In this document: positions 29,283 through 38,478 of the stretch, one piece after another
Layout: each line of letters opens with the position of its first letter
Numbering within the stretch: the first letter of the stretch is position 1
Virus record (IMG/VR): IMGVR_UViG_3300036831_000050
Location: 18,354-82,353 of that record
From: a virus
DNA length: 64,000 bases
Direction: 5' to 3' (one strand)
Made by a program: the position numbers and the translations under genes
The notes under the pieces: model-generated
The model's database searches: none
Told to the model about the DNA's origin: nothing
The model's input: the letters and a program-made list of their open reading frames with translations, nothing else

Positions 29283-30980
29283 TCATGTCAGGTGGACGGC
29301 CAGCTCGGCGGTGGCGTGGGACGGGTCGTTCAGCTCGAAGTCCTCGACCCGGACCACGTAGTCGGAGTAGCCCTCCAAGTAGGGGAAGCGGCGCGAGTCG
29401 CGCCCGATGGCGATTCCGAAGATGCGCACACCCATCTCGTTGAGTCGGTTGCGCAGACGCTTGTCAGCGTCGCCGTACGGTGCGTCACCGTCACCGATGA
29501 GCACGATGTCGGCCTTCTTGAACTCGGGTGCGCGCTGCATGATGTCAGCGGCGCCCTTGACGGCCTGGTATGGCGCGGTGCCACCTCCGAAGAAGTGACT
29601 GGCCATGTCCACGATCTTCTGTGCGTCCATGGCCTCGCGCCCCTTGAACTCGGTGACGAACACCTCGTCCATGTCCGCCCATTCGACACAGGCGAAGTCA
29701 CGCTTCTCCAGCCGAGCGATGTGGAGTAGGCACATGCACACGGCCCGTGCCCAGATGTTGCGCTCGCCCTTCATGGAGTAGCTGGCGTCCGGCGCCACGA
29801 TGATCGGCCCGCGTCCGGCGTGCTCCTCACCGACGGTGCTGAACTGAAGCAGCTCTTGGTCGCCGTACCGCTGGAGGAAGCCCAGCTCCAGATCGTCGTC
29901 TGCGAACTCGGACAGCTCGGAGCTTAGGACGCGATTCAAGTTGTCCCCAAACTCAACGTCAACGATCTCGTCGTTGCCGCCGACGATGCGCTTCGCACGC
30001 CGGAACCGAATGTCACGGTCCAGCCGACCGAACCGCTCGGCCATGGCGCGGAGCTGCGGGTTCTCGGCCCACATCTGGGCGATGGTCAGAGCTTGCTCGG
30101 GCGATTCGTAGACCGGCTCGCCCTTGCCTAGACCGCTGCCGAACTTCGGTACGTTGCTGGCCTGCTCGGCCGCCTCATGGGCAGCCTGGGCGGCCCGCTC
30201 GATGGCGGCGAGTGCCTGTGCGTCCATGGGACTGAAGTTGTCGGCCACGTCGGCGGCCTGCTGCTGTAGGTCGGCCTGCTGCTGAGCGAGCTGGTCGATC
30301 TCCGCTGTCAGGTTCGCGGGCACCGGCTGTCCGGCGTCGGCAAGCTCCTGAGCGTGCCCCTGAGCCTGTCCGAGCTGGTCGATGGTGTCACGGACCTGCT
30401 GCTCAAGGTCGCTGTACTCCTGCGACTCTTGCGACTGCTCAAGCAGCTCGTCGGTCAGGATGCGGCGCAGTTCCTTGGCGAACGCCATGGTGGCGATGCC
30501 AGCCATGGAAGCGTCGTCCATGGTCGTGTTGCGAGCGGCTGAGTGCGAGTCGCTGGCGATCAGCTTCGGCATGATGCGCTTGTGCAGCTCGACGCGCGGG
30601 TCAACCGGCTCGATGATCTCGGGCCGGAAGTGAGCGTGGTAGCTGTAGAACACGTCCCGGCACAGCTCGGCCCATGCGTGGTAGGCCGGAGCGTTCTCGG
30701 TCGCGTCCTTGTGAGCCTTCATGGCCTCTTGGTACGCGATGAACTCTTCGGGCGTGGCGGCTGTCATGTCGATGGGGTCAGGCTCGGGCACTTCGCGGGG
30801 AATCTGCGGCGCCTCATCGACGGCGATGGCCCGGAATCGCGGGCTGTCATCGCGGAAGTTCTTGTACTGCATGCTGTCCATCGAATCGTGGGTCAGCACG
30901 CTGTCAGGCAACTGAAGTTCGGGCGTACCGATCTTGTTGCCGTTCTCGCCCAGCAGGTCAGTCAGTGAGATGACCGGCAT
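29283..30980 (-). CDS. vWA-domain protein (ViaA-like)
   Basis: GPIIVAPDASYSM MIDAS motif, FGGGT, ADIVLIGDG. Confidence 0.85.
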   Translation of the reverse strand: MPVISLTDLLGENGNKIGTPELQLPDSVLTHDSMDSMQYKNFRDDSPRFRAIAVDEAPQIPREVPEPDPIDMTAATPEEFIAYQEAMKAHKDATENAPAYHAWAELCRDVFYSYHAHFRPEIIEPVDPRVELHKRIMPKLIASDSHSAARNTTMDDASMAGIATMAFAKELRRILTDELLEQSQESQEYSDLEQQVRDTIDQLGQAQGHAQELADAGQPVPANLTAEIDQLAQQQADLQQQAADVADNFSPMDAQALAAIERAAQAAHEAAEQASNVPKFGSGLGKGEPVYESPEQALTIAQMWAENPQLRAMAERFGRLDRDIRFRRAKRIVGGNDEIVDVEFGDNLNRVLSSELSEFADDDLELGFLQRYGDQELLQFSTVGEEHAGRGPIIVAPDASYSMKGERNIWARAVCMCLLHIARLEKRDFACVEWADMDEVFVTEFKGREAMDAQKIVDMASHFFGGGTAPYQAVKGAADIMQRAPEFKKADIVLIGDGDAPYGDADKRLRNRLNEMGVRIFGIAIGRDSRRFPYLEGYSDYVVRVEDFELNDPSHATAELAVHLT

Positions 30981-31040
30981 GTTGTGCCTCCAGTGCCGCC
31001 GCGCCGATGTGCGCGGCGGCCGGTCGTCGGTGTCAGAGTC

Positions 31041-32276
31041 CTACTCGTCGTCATCATCGTCGTCGGTGCCGGACAGGTAGCCGACCACCCACTTGTGATA
31101 GCTCTTGATCTCGGCTACAACTTCGCGGGTGACAGACACGTCCTCGCCCTCGGCCTCGCCTTCGGTGATTTGGTCCTTGCCCTCGTCAAGCAGTTTCTTG
31201 AGCTGAGTGGCGAACTGCCACCCTTCGCCCATCTTGTCACGGCGCTCGGCCTCGTCCAGCTTGGCCGCGTCCTGCTCCAGCTTCGCCATCTCGGCCCGTA
31301 CGGCCTCCATGGCCTCGCGCAGCCGCCTGGCCTTGCGAGTGAACTTGCTGGCGAGATCGGTCACGATGTCGCGAGCTGGCTTGTGGTGGTCAGGCAGACT
31401 CCACGCCATGTGCTCGGCAACGAGGAAGTCGTCCATGACCACGGTGTCACGGCCGCGCAGCCAAGCGCGAGACCGCATCGCCCGCCAGATGTCACGCTTG
31501 CGCCGCTGGGAGACCATGAAGCCAGCCTCCAAGCACTTCTGCTCCAGTTCGCCCATCTTCTCCAGCACCGGCTCGGGCACTGGGATGGCGCGGGCAGCGT
31601 CGCGGATCGTCTTGATGTCGTCCAGCGTGAGCGGTTCGAGATCAGTGGAGTCGATGCCGTCCACGTCATAGCCGAGCTGGATCAGTGACACCGACTTGCG
31701 TCCCTCCGGCGTCTGCACCGGCTGAACGACCTTGGTGATGGCGATTCGGTCGCGGAACGCCTGCAAGTCCTCGCGGTCAGGCAGCTCGTTCGATGACATC
31801 AGAATCGTGATGAGCTGCGAGCAGTCGATGACCTTACCGCCGATCTTCAGTTGGCGCTTAGCGAAGATGTCCAGCAGCGGGTTGAGCATCGGCGGCGACC
31901 CCTTGAAAATCTCGTCCAAGTAGGCCAGGTTCGCCTCGATGAGCGAGCCAGCGGTGATGCGGGCGGTCCGGCCTTCCTTCATGGCCATCACGTCCTTCTC
32001 GCCCAGCAGCTCGGACACGCTCTGGTCCTTCGCCAGGAGGTGCGTGAACAGCTCGGCGGCGTCGATGCAGTAGTCGGTCAGCAGCTCGATGAGCCAGGTC
32101 TTGCCGACGCCTGGGTCGCCCAGGAAGAGCAGGTCGATACCTGAGATGATCGCGATGGCCAGCAGCTCGATCTCCTCAGTTCGCTCGACGTTGTTCCGAG
32201 CGAGGAAGCCGGTCTTCGGGTTGAAGATGGCGTCGAACCGAGCGTGTAGCTGGCTCGTAACGGTGGTCGTGGTCAT
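31041..32276 (-). CDS. MoxR-family AAA+ ATPase (RavA-like)
   Basis: GDPGVGKT, YLDEIFKG, SSNELP, AFRDR. Confidence 0.9.
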   Translation of the reverse strand: MTTTTVTSQLHARFDAIFNPKTGFLARNNVERTEEIELLAIAIISGIDLLFLGDPGVGKTWLIELLTDYCIDAAELFTHLLAKDQSVSELLGEKDVMAMKEGRTARITAGSLIEANLAYLDEIFKGSPPMLNPLLDIFAKRQLKIGGKVIDCSQLITILMSSNELPDREDLQAFRDRIAITKVVQPVQTPEGRKSVSLIQLGYDVDGIDSTDLEPLTLDDIKTIRDAARAIPVPEPVLEKMGELEQKCLEAGFMVSQRRKRDIWRAMRSRAWLRGRDTVVMDDFLVAEHMAWSLPDHHKPARDIVTDLASKFTRKARRLREAMEAVRAEMAKLEQDAAKLDEAERRDKMGEGWQFATQLKKLLDEGKDQITEGEAEGEDVSVTREVVAEIKSYHKWVVGYLSGTDDDDDDE

Positions 32277-32315
32277 GCGAGTCTCCAGTTCGCTAGTGGT
32301 TGACGGGAGTCAGAG

Positions 32316-32351
32316 TGTAGCACGGTGCCACAGGTGTGGCATCGCGCATCA
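32316..32351. promoter_or_regulatory. Tandem 17-bp operators overlapping a leftward extended -10 (TGCTACACT)
   Basis: TGTAGCA-cgg-TGCCACA (exact) and TGTGGCA-tcg-CGCATCA. Confidence 0.75.
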
Positions 32352-33274
32352 GGTTGTGGCTCGTTCGATGTCGCTTGCAAGTCTCTGCATTGCTCGCGCA
32401 ATCGCCTTCGCCAGGTTCGGTGGCGTGATTCGTGGTCCATCGAAGGACACCATGGGTCCGGGCATGAATCTCGCGACCCGTGCCACGCGCTCGCCTTCGT
32501 CATCGAGCACGTGGTAGACGCCCTCGTACTGCTTACTGACGCGGTAGGTAATCACGGCACTGTCACCACCCCGCGAGCGGCCCACTCCTGAGCAAGCTCG
32601 GCCTCATGCTGGACCTGCTCGGCGCAGCTCTCGGCCATGGACGCGGCCTCGGCCTTGATGTAGCCCTCGTCGGGTTCGCCAATGAAGCCCCACACGGACT
32701 CCATGACTTCGCCGCCCTCACGGTCACGTATCACGATGCCGAACACGTAGCCCTGGAGCCACTGGTCCAGTTCGTTGACGCGAGCCTCGGCGTACTTGGT
32801 GGCGTCATCGACCGAGCCGTTCCACTCGTCATCGAGCTGCTTCTGTGTGAAGCAGATGGCACAGTTCGGGCCGTCCTCCATGACGTACAGGCGAGCACCA
32901 GTTGACCCGTAGTCCGAGAAGAACAGCGGGATGGTGAGCACGGCGTCGTAGTTGTGACGCATGTAGGTCGGCAGGTCGCACTCGATGTAGCCGTTGCCCT
33001 CGCAGTTCGGGCAGTTCTTCTCGATTGGGTGGTCGTCGGCATCGAGCACTGGTTCGTCGTCCGACTCGACGGTGCCCTCACCCTCACAGTTCGGGCAGTC
33101 GATGGTCAGCTCCGGCTCGGAGATGCGTTCGTCGCCTTCCCACGTGCCGTCGTAGACCCACGAATAGATCGTGCCAGCGTTGTCGTTGTCCTGTGGGCTA
33201 GACACGGGATCGTCGTCGGGAACGATCTCGACCCACACACCAGCGTGTTCGTATGCCTCGGCAGGTTCGATCAT
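32349..33274 (-). CDS. Hypothetical protein (32349-32555) and acidic protein with CxxCxGxG repeats (32552-33274)
   Basis: CPNCEGEG and CPNCEGNG DnaJ-type zinc motifs; D/E-rich. Confidence 0.65.
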
Positions 33275-33275
33275 G

Positions 33276-33704
33276 TCAGCTCCTAATCAGGTAGTCGTCA
33301 CCGTCGTAGGTGATGGTTGTGTAGTCCTGGCGCAGTTCGTCGGCCGCCGCCTCCCAGTCGATGTGATTGAACGGCCAGCGGTTCGTGTCGTCCGAGATGT
33401 AGCCGAGATCGGTGGCCAGCTCCTCCGCGTACTCCGCGAAGTCGTCCTCGGCAATGAGCGTGGGTTCGTGGTTGTTGGCGTGCCACTCCAGCGTGTCAGG
33501 TTCGGCCGGATCAAGGCCCAGCTCGCCGCATAGGCTCACGTACTTCTCGACGTACTCCTGCTGCTCGTCTTCGGCCAGGAACTTCTCCGTGGCCTCGGCA
33601 ACCTCACCGTAGGACATGCCTTCGGTGTCGGGCACGCTGGACCCCATCTCGGCAATGCGTTCGCGCCACTCTTCAGCGATCTCTCGCAGGTCCAGTACGT
33701 TCAT
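33276..33704 (-). CDS. ArdA-like acidic antirestriction protein
   Basis: EDDFAEYAEELA...HIDWEAAADEL resembles the ArdA C-terminal YIDYEAxARDL; very acidic. Confidence 0.5.
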   Translation of the reverse strand: MNVLDLREIAEEWRERIAEMGSSVPDTEGMSYGEVAEATEKFLAEDEQQEYVEKYVSLCGELGLDPAEPDTLEWHANNHEPTLIAEDDFAEYAEELATDLGYISDDTNRWPFNHIDWEAAADELRQDYTTITYDGDDYLIRS

Positions 33705-35023
33705 GCTGTCACCTCCACGCCAGCGACGCCAGCGCCATAGGTCTCGGGAATGAGTCGGCGGTACAGGTAGGTTCGCAGGGCACGTGTCACCACATCGGCG
33801 GTGCCGTATCGCGCCTTCTCGCCACCCATGGTCCCTTCGTCTGGGTCCATGCCCAGGTGGATGAAGACGCCGGTATCGGAGTAGCCCGCTTCGCGCAGTG
33901 CGTTGACGAACATGCTCGGCACGTAGTACCGCTCGCGAATGTGCTGTTCGAGATGGTCAGTGCCGAACGCCTCAGCACGCGGTTCGTTGGGATCGCGCAG
34001 CGCGCAGCCCCAGCAATCGCCGCCACTGGGCAACTTGAGTCCGTTCGTAACCAGCTCGTTGACGGCATCGGCCACGAACTTGTTGATGCGCTTCTTCTTC
34101 TTCTCCAACTGGCGCTCGCGGCGAGCATTGCGCTCGATCTCTCGCCGGTTCGGACGCGGGGCATAGCCCTCGGCGTTGACTTCCATGCCATCGGTGAAGG
34201 GCACGCGGTTGCGTTCGTCCCACTCCCGGTAGAGCTTCCGCGCAGCCTTGACAGCTCGGAACTCCTCCAGATAGGCGTCCTGCCACGCTTCGCGGGTCTC
34301 GAACCGTTCGAGCATCGCTGTCATCTTCGCGTAGCCCTCGGTTCGGTTGCGACCCCAGCCGCCGCCGTTCATGGCCTCAGACCACGCGCGGTGCTGGCGC
34401 TCGAACAGCGCGCAGTGTGGGCATTGCTCCCACTTGTGTTCGTCGGCATCGGGGAACGTGGTCTCCGGCCGTGGGGCGTGATAGTTGTACTGCTCTTCGC
34501 GCCAGGCGGTTGCCACGTGCACGACACGCCGGACCTTCGCGGAGAAGTACCCGTCGCAGTGTTCGAGCGTGATGTCATCGTCGCGATGCTCGCCCTCACG
34601 AATGAACACCTCGCGGGTCTCCGGTTCGCAGGTCTCGGTGCCAGCGATGCAGCCCTCGGTGGGCTTGACAGGCTCAGGGCCAGGGTCGAGCGCGTGGAAC
34701 GGCTTTGGGATCGTTCGCTGCGGCCAACGCTCCGGGCGTGGGTCGTCTGGGTCCGGCTCAGCGCGCACGTACCAGTCGCCGCGCTCGCTCACAATGTGGG
34801 GCGTGACGGCCGAGAGTCTGTCCTTCGTGGTCACAGTTCGCCAGCCGCCGCTATTGAGCGTGACGCGGCCGTCCCTGTGGAACGTCGCGATGTCTGTGGC
34901 GTGCAACCTCAGCGCGTAGGTGTCCTCGTCGCGCCGTTCGATGCGAGTGTTGTTGGCGTACGGCTTTGACCGCTTATCGCGGGCACTTGAGACAAGCTGT
35001 TCGCACTGTGCGAAATCGAGCAT
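33701..35023 (-). CDS. Hypothetical protein
   Basis: 441 codons from ATG 35023 with AGGAG RBS; LNSGGWRTVTTKDRL motif. Confidence 0.7.
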   Translation of the reverse strand: MLDFAQCEQLVSSARDKRSKPYANNTRIERRDEDTYALRLHATDIATFHRDGRVTLNSGGWRTVTTKDRLSAVTPHIVSERGDWYVRAEPDPDDPRPERWPQRTIPKPFHALDPGPEPVKPTEGCIAGTETCEPETREVFIREGEHRDDDITLEHCDGYFSAKVRRVVHVATAWREEQYNYHAPRPETTFPDADEHKWEQCPHCALFERQHRAWSEAMNGGGWGRNRTEGYAKMTAMLERFETREAWQDAYLEEFRAVKAARKLYREWDERNRVPFTDGMEVNAEGYAPRPNRREIERNARRERQLEKKKKRINKFVADAVNELVTNGLKLPSGGDCWGCALRDPNEPRAEAFGTDHLEQHIRERYYVPSMFVNALREAGYSDTGVFIHLGMDPDEGTMGGEKARYGTADVVTRALRTYLYRRLIPETYGAGVAGVEVTA

Positions 35024-35045
35024 GATGGTCTCCTGTGTAGGTGGG

Positions 35046-35354
35046 TCAGTTGTCGTCCAGCGAGTACAGTCCGAACTCGCCGTCGTTCCAGCTCCAAGCG
35101 TGTCCTTCGAGCGGACGCTGTTCGTTGAGCCAGCTCTCTGCGTCGTCTGCGCAGTCCACCAGCCGCTCGAACTCGTCCACGTCCAGCGGGGGTTCGGTGC
35201 TCGGCCCCATGGCCGCGAGATGGCGCCGCGCGAGATCGCTCGCCTCGTCGTCCTCCCAGCCGAACTCGGCCGCAACTTGGACCGCACGCGCGAGCGCGTA
35301 CTGGCCCCAATGGCCGTCCACGTAGCACCCAGGTTCGGGCTTAGCATCGGTCAC
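35046..35354 (-). CDS. Small acidic hypothetical protein
   Basis: CGAACTGGAG RBS; D/E-rich. Confidence 0.65.
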   Translation of the reverse strand: MTDAKPEPGCYVDGHWGQYALARAVQVAAEFGWEDDEASDLARRHLAAMGPSTEPPLDVDEFERLVDCADDAESWLNEQRPLEGHAWSWNDGEFGLYSLDDN

Positions 35355-35497
35355 GACAGTTCTCCAGTTCGCTCGTAAGGTCGAGCGAGGTTGTAGGTGG
35401 GTTCTGGCGGGTTCGCGGGAAGTTCACCCGCGCGCAAGTCAAAGGTTAGGGCATGGCGCGAACCGCCGTACCCGACAGCTCGCGCCACAGTGCCCAA

Positions 35498-35584
35498 TCA
35501 GTCCTCGACGCGCGTGAGCAGTTCGTAGCCAGTGTCCTCAGGGACACGGAACGCTTCGCGCAGCCGGTGCAACAGTCGGCGCAT
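35498..35584 (-). CDS. 28-aa small ORF MRRLLHRLREAFRVPEDTGYELLTRVED
   Basis: ACAGGAGG RBS 6 nt upstream; below the ORF-track size cutoff. Confidence 0.45.
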   Translation of the reverse strand: MRRLLHRLREAFRVPEDTGYELLTRVED

Positions 35585-35599
35585 TGCCAACCTCCTGTG

Positions 35600-35950
35600 T
35601 AGAAGACTCCCGCGCGCAACAGCGCACGTATTCGCGCGGGCATTACTCACGGTGCGCCCGTGAGGGTTCGTGCAACATTCGACAGCACGTCGTCAGCAGC
35701 GGGCAGGAACCGCAGCTCGCTGTAAGCGGGGTCGTTGTTCGTGGCAGTGTGCCTCTGCCCTGTGGTTCGCTGGACTGGCGGAGCTTGCAGTGCGCAAGGA
35801 CACCAGCAGCGCGTGACGCTCGCGGCGCCACTGTTCGCGGCGGTCTCACACTGTTCGCCAAACAGTGCGAGTGTGCCGAGACCGTGTTCACGTCTGCGCG
35901 CGGCTGTTCGAGCACACGCGCACACGCGAGCACGGGGGATGGCCCCCCTG
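35600..35950 (-). ncRNA. Candidate structured RNA / leader with CGAAC repeats
   Basis: About 350 nt without a credible ORF; several perfect stems; repeated CGAAC. Confidence 0.4.
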
Positions 35951-35951
35951 C

Positions 35952-36269
35952 TCAGCTTGCGCCGAGCAGGGAAGCGATCTCCTCCGGGGTGATGACCGCG
36001 CCGATGGCCGCGCCGATGGCCGCGAGCGGGAGCGTTTGCTCCGAGCTGCCATCGCGCAGCACCAGCACGGGCACGCGGGTATTGTCGCGGCCGACCAGCC
36101 GCGCGCCGCGCGTGACATACGCGGCATCGGAAACCTCGGGCACGCTCGCGCGGGGTGCGCTCTTATCGACCAGCACGCGAGACTCGCGCCGCGCGGAGAC
36201 CTTGAAGTCTGCGAGCGTGTCTGTCTTCGCGGCCGGAGCGGCCGGGGTGGTCGTTGTCTTACCGGGCAT
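35952..36269 (-). CDS. Hypothetical protein, first gene of the leftward arm
   Basis: GGAGGAG RBS before ATG 36269; 105 aa. Confidence 0.6.
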   Translation of the reverse strand: MPGKTTTTPAAPAAKTDTLADFKVSARRESRVLVDKSAPRASVPEVSDAAYVTRGARLVGRDNTRVPVLVLRDGSSEQTLPLAAIGAAIGAVITPEEIASLLGAS

Positions 36270-36316
36270 AACTCCTCCGATCTCACGCGGGAAGGTCCCG
36301 CGAGTGTTGACTCTGA

Positions 36317-36479
36317 CACTAGGTACAGTGCGCCGCCCCCTGAAAAGGTTACGGGCCAACTGGCGGCCGAGCGTAACCTTTTGCCCGCTTGGCCCACTGT
36401 ACCTAGTGAAGGCGCCGAGCTGGCCCGCCACTGTGGCGGCCACACTAGGAACAGTGCTCAAGGCGCCGCAAAGGTTTCG
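36317..36479. promoter_or_regulatory. Three copies of the bipartite unit CGTAACCTTTT-N12-CACTGTACCTAGTG; candidate divergent ECF-type promoters
   Basis: Copies at 36317-36353 (-), 36372-36408 (+) and 36443-36479 (-, 3 mismatches), all with a 12-bp spacer. Confidence 0.65.
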
Positions 36480-36701
36480 GCCGCACATTGGCCGCGCCGC
36501 TCGCCCCACTCGCCCCACCCCGCCATGATTCGGCGGCCGTCCGCCAATGTGCGGCCAACACTCTGCGAGATTGCGCGAGCGGCGCGGCGGCCGTGCGGCG
36601 CGGCGGGTAGTACAAACGTCCAGAGTCGTAACCTTCCAACTGAAGTTGGCCGATAATAGCCGCGAAGCGGCTACCGGCCGCCAAACGGAAGGGAAGACCA
36701 G

Positions 36702-37754
36702 ATGTCACCCCGCAACACTCTCACCCCGGCCGAGCGAATCACGCTCAAGCGTGAAGTGTCGGCCGCCAGACTGGCCGCCAAGCGTGCCGCCGATGCCCGG
36801 ACCGAATCACTCCGGCCGAGCGGCGGGCCAGCACTGCTACCGAATCTGGCCCAAATGCGCGAGCTGCGCGGCCAGCTCGAAGCGGCCGAGCTGCTGAAGC
36901 TGGCCCGCTCCGCCGCACGTTTGGAGCTGCGCGGCGAACGGTACTCGGCAGATGACCGCGCCGATGTCGCCGCGTCCATAGTGGCGGCCGTGCTGGCCGA
37001 CACTGGCGGAGCGATGCCGCGCCGCGAATCACCCCGGATCAAACTTGGCCGCTTGTGCGGCGACGCGAAGAACTTGCGCCGCTCAATCGACGCGGCGCGG
37101 GAGCGTGACCAGCTCGAAGCTGGCCGCGAAGCTGCGCGGCATGCGCTCACGGCCGATGCTCTGGGCCACTCGCCCACCCCGGCCGCTCATGCCGCCATCG
37201 TGGCCCGCTCTGGGGAGCTGGCCGCCGAGCGTGCCGCCACTGCGATATGCGCCGAGCTTGGCCTACCGGCCGACCCGGACACGGCCGCTTGGAGCGTGCT
37301 CTATCAATGGGCACGCGGCGCCACTGGCGAAGTCTGCGCCGCCGAGCGTGGGGCCACGTGGGGAGCTTGGAAGGTCCGCCAGACACGCGGCGCCAAGTTC
37401 CTGCGCGAGTTCTACTCCGCCGCCGAGCTGATGGCGCGGCTAACGCTTGGCGCCACAGTGGGCGAGGATGGCGCGATTGTCTTTGCTCTGGAGGATGACT
37501 CGCGCGAAGCGCACGGCCGCACGCCGATCATGGCGCCAGACTGGCGCGAGCACCCCGACACGGCCGCGCCGATGCTCAAGCGGGCCATGTCACCCCGCGA
37601 GCGTGTCCACTGGCGCCGCCGCCGCGAGCATCGCGCCGACACGGCCGAGCAGACGGCCGCCGCTCTGGCCAGACTGGCCCGCGCGTATGCCACCAGCTCG
37701 CGCCGCGAACGTGCCGCCGCCAGAACTTCAGACCTACCCCGGATAGGAGGATGA
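36702..37754 (+). CDS. Highly diverged sigma-70/ECF-like protein
   Basis: Region-2-like DDRADVAASIVAAVL...LCGDAKNLRRSID and region-4-like WSVLYQWARGATGEVCAAERGATWGAWKVRQTRGAKFLRE; GAAGGGAAG RBS. Confidence 0.55.
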   Translation: MSPRNTLTPAERITLKREVSAARLAAKRAADARTESLRPSGGPALLPNLAQMRELRGQLEAAELLKLARSAARLELRGERYSADDRADVAASIVAAVLADTGGAMPRRESPRIKLGRLCGDAKNLRRSIDAARERDQLEAGREAARHALTADALGHSPTPAAHAAIVARSGELAAERAATAICAELGLPADPDTAAWSVLYQWARGATGEVCAAERGATWGAWKVRQTRGAKFLREFYSAAELMARLTLGATVGEDGAIVFALEDDSREAHGRTPIMAPDWREHPDTAAPMLKRAMSPRERVHWRRRREHRADTAEQTAAALARLARAYATSSRRERAAARTSDLPRIGG

Positions 37755-37758
37755 CCAG

Positions 37759-38001
37759 ATGACCAGCGAAGAGACCGCACGCGCAGCTCTGGCCCGCTCA
37801 CGCGGGCCATGGGCCACCCCGGCCGCGCGAGCACTGGCGGAGCGTGTCCAAGCGTGCGAGCTGGCCGCTCTGGCCCGCTCCGCGCCGCTCACCCCGGCCG
37901 CGCCGCACGTGCCCGCTCGCGCAGTGCCGCCCCCGTACCGGCCGCGCATGCTGGCCCGCGTGCTGATGGCCGCCGCGCCGCATGCGCTGCGCGCGGGGTA
38001 G
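37759..38001 (+). CDS. Ala/Arg/Pro-rich hypothetical protein
   Basis: AGGAGG RBS; atypical composition. Confidence 0.4.
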   Translation: MTSEETARAALARSRGPWATPAARALAERVQACELAALARSAPLTPAAPHVPARAVPPPYRPRMLARVLMAAAPHALRAG

Positions 38002-38478
38002 CGTGGGAAGTCCACGCGCGGACGTGCCGCCCCCCCCTTCCGCGTGGGAGGACGGGTGGCGCGCCCGAACCCCTCACCTGACTCTCTCCCGCAGTAGACC
38101 CCCTCTCGCACCGCTTACGAACTGTGTCGAGTTCTGCGGTAACAGTCCAACTGCCGTTCACTCCTAGCCAGCCCCCCAGGCCGACGGCCCGCGAGCGCCC
38201 CCCATCGGGTCCACCAGGGGACGGTCGGCGCCAATTCCTGCACAGTGCATACTCGCGGGGCGACACTGCGGCTCCCACGGTGATACTGTGCACCCGCCTA
38301 GGGTTACCTCTCCCGCTTGCCCCCTCGTCCGCCTTGCTCAGGGTCGCACCCTGTGTCGGGCCACCTGGGGCCTCGCGGTGAAGTGGCTCTAGGCTACGGC
38401 GCCCCCACCGGGGCTTCCCCGTAGAGGGTGGGCGGCTTCTGATCGGCAGAGTCGCCCCCCTCTGATACTCTCACCCGC

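Noticed and set aside
28156-29361. Long opposite-strand ORFs (e.g. 28156-29361 +, 33857-34969 +, 7735-8820 -, 59129-60202 -, 35584-36528 +)
   Set aside because: Shadow ORFs typical of GC-rich DNA; they overlap better-supported genes and lack an RBS or motifs
35360-35950. LexA (SOS) boxes from the CGAAC repeats
   Set aside because: The actinobacterial box is the palindrome CGAAC-N4-GTTCG; these are unpaired, co-oriented half-sites
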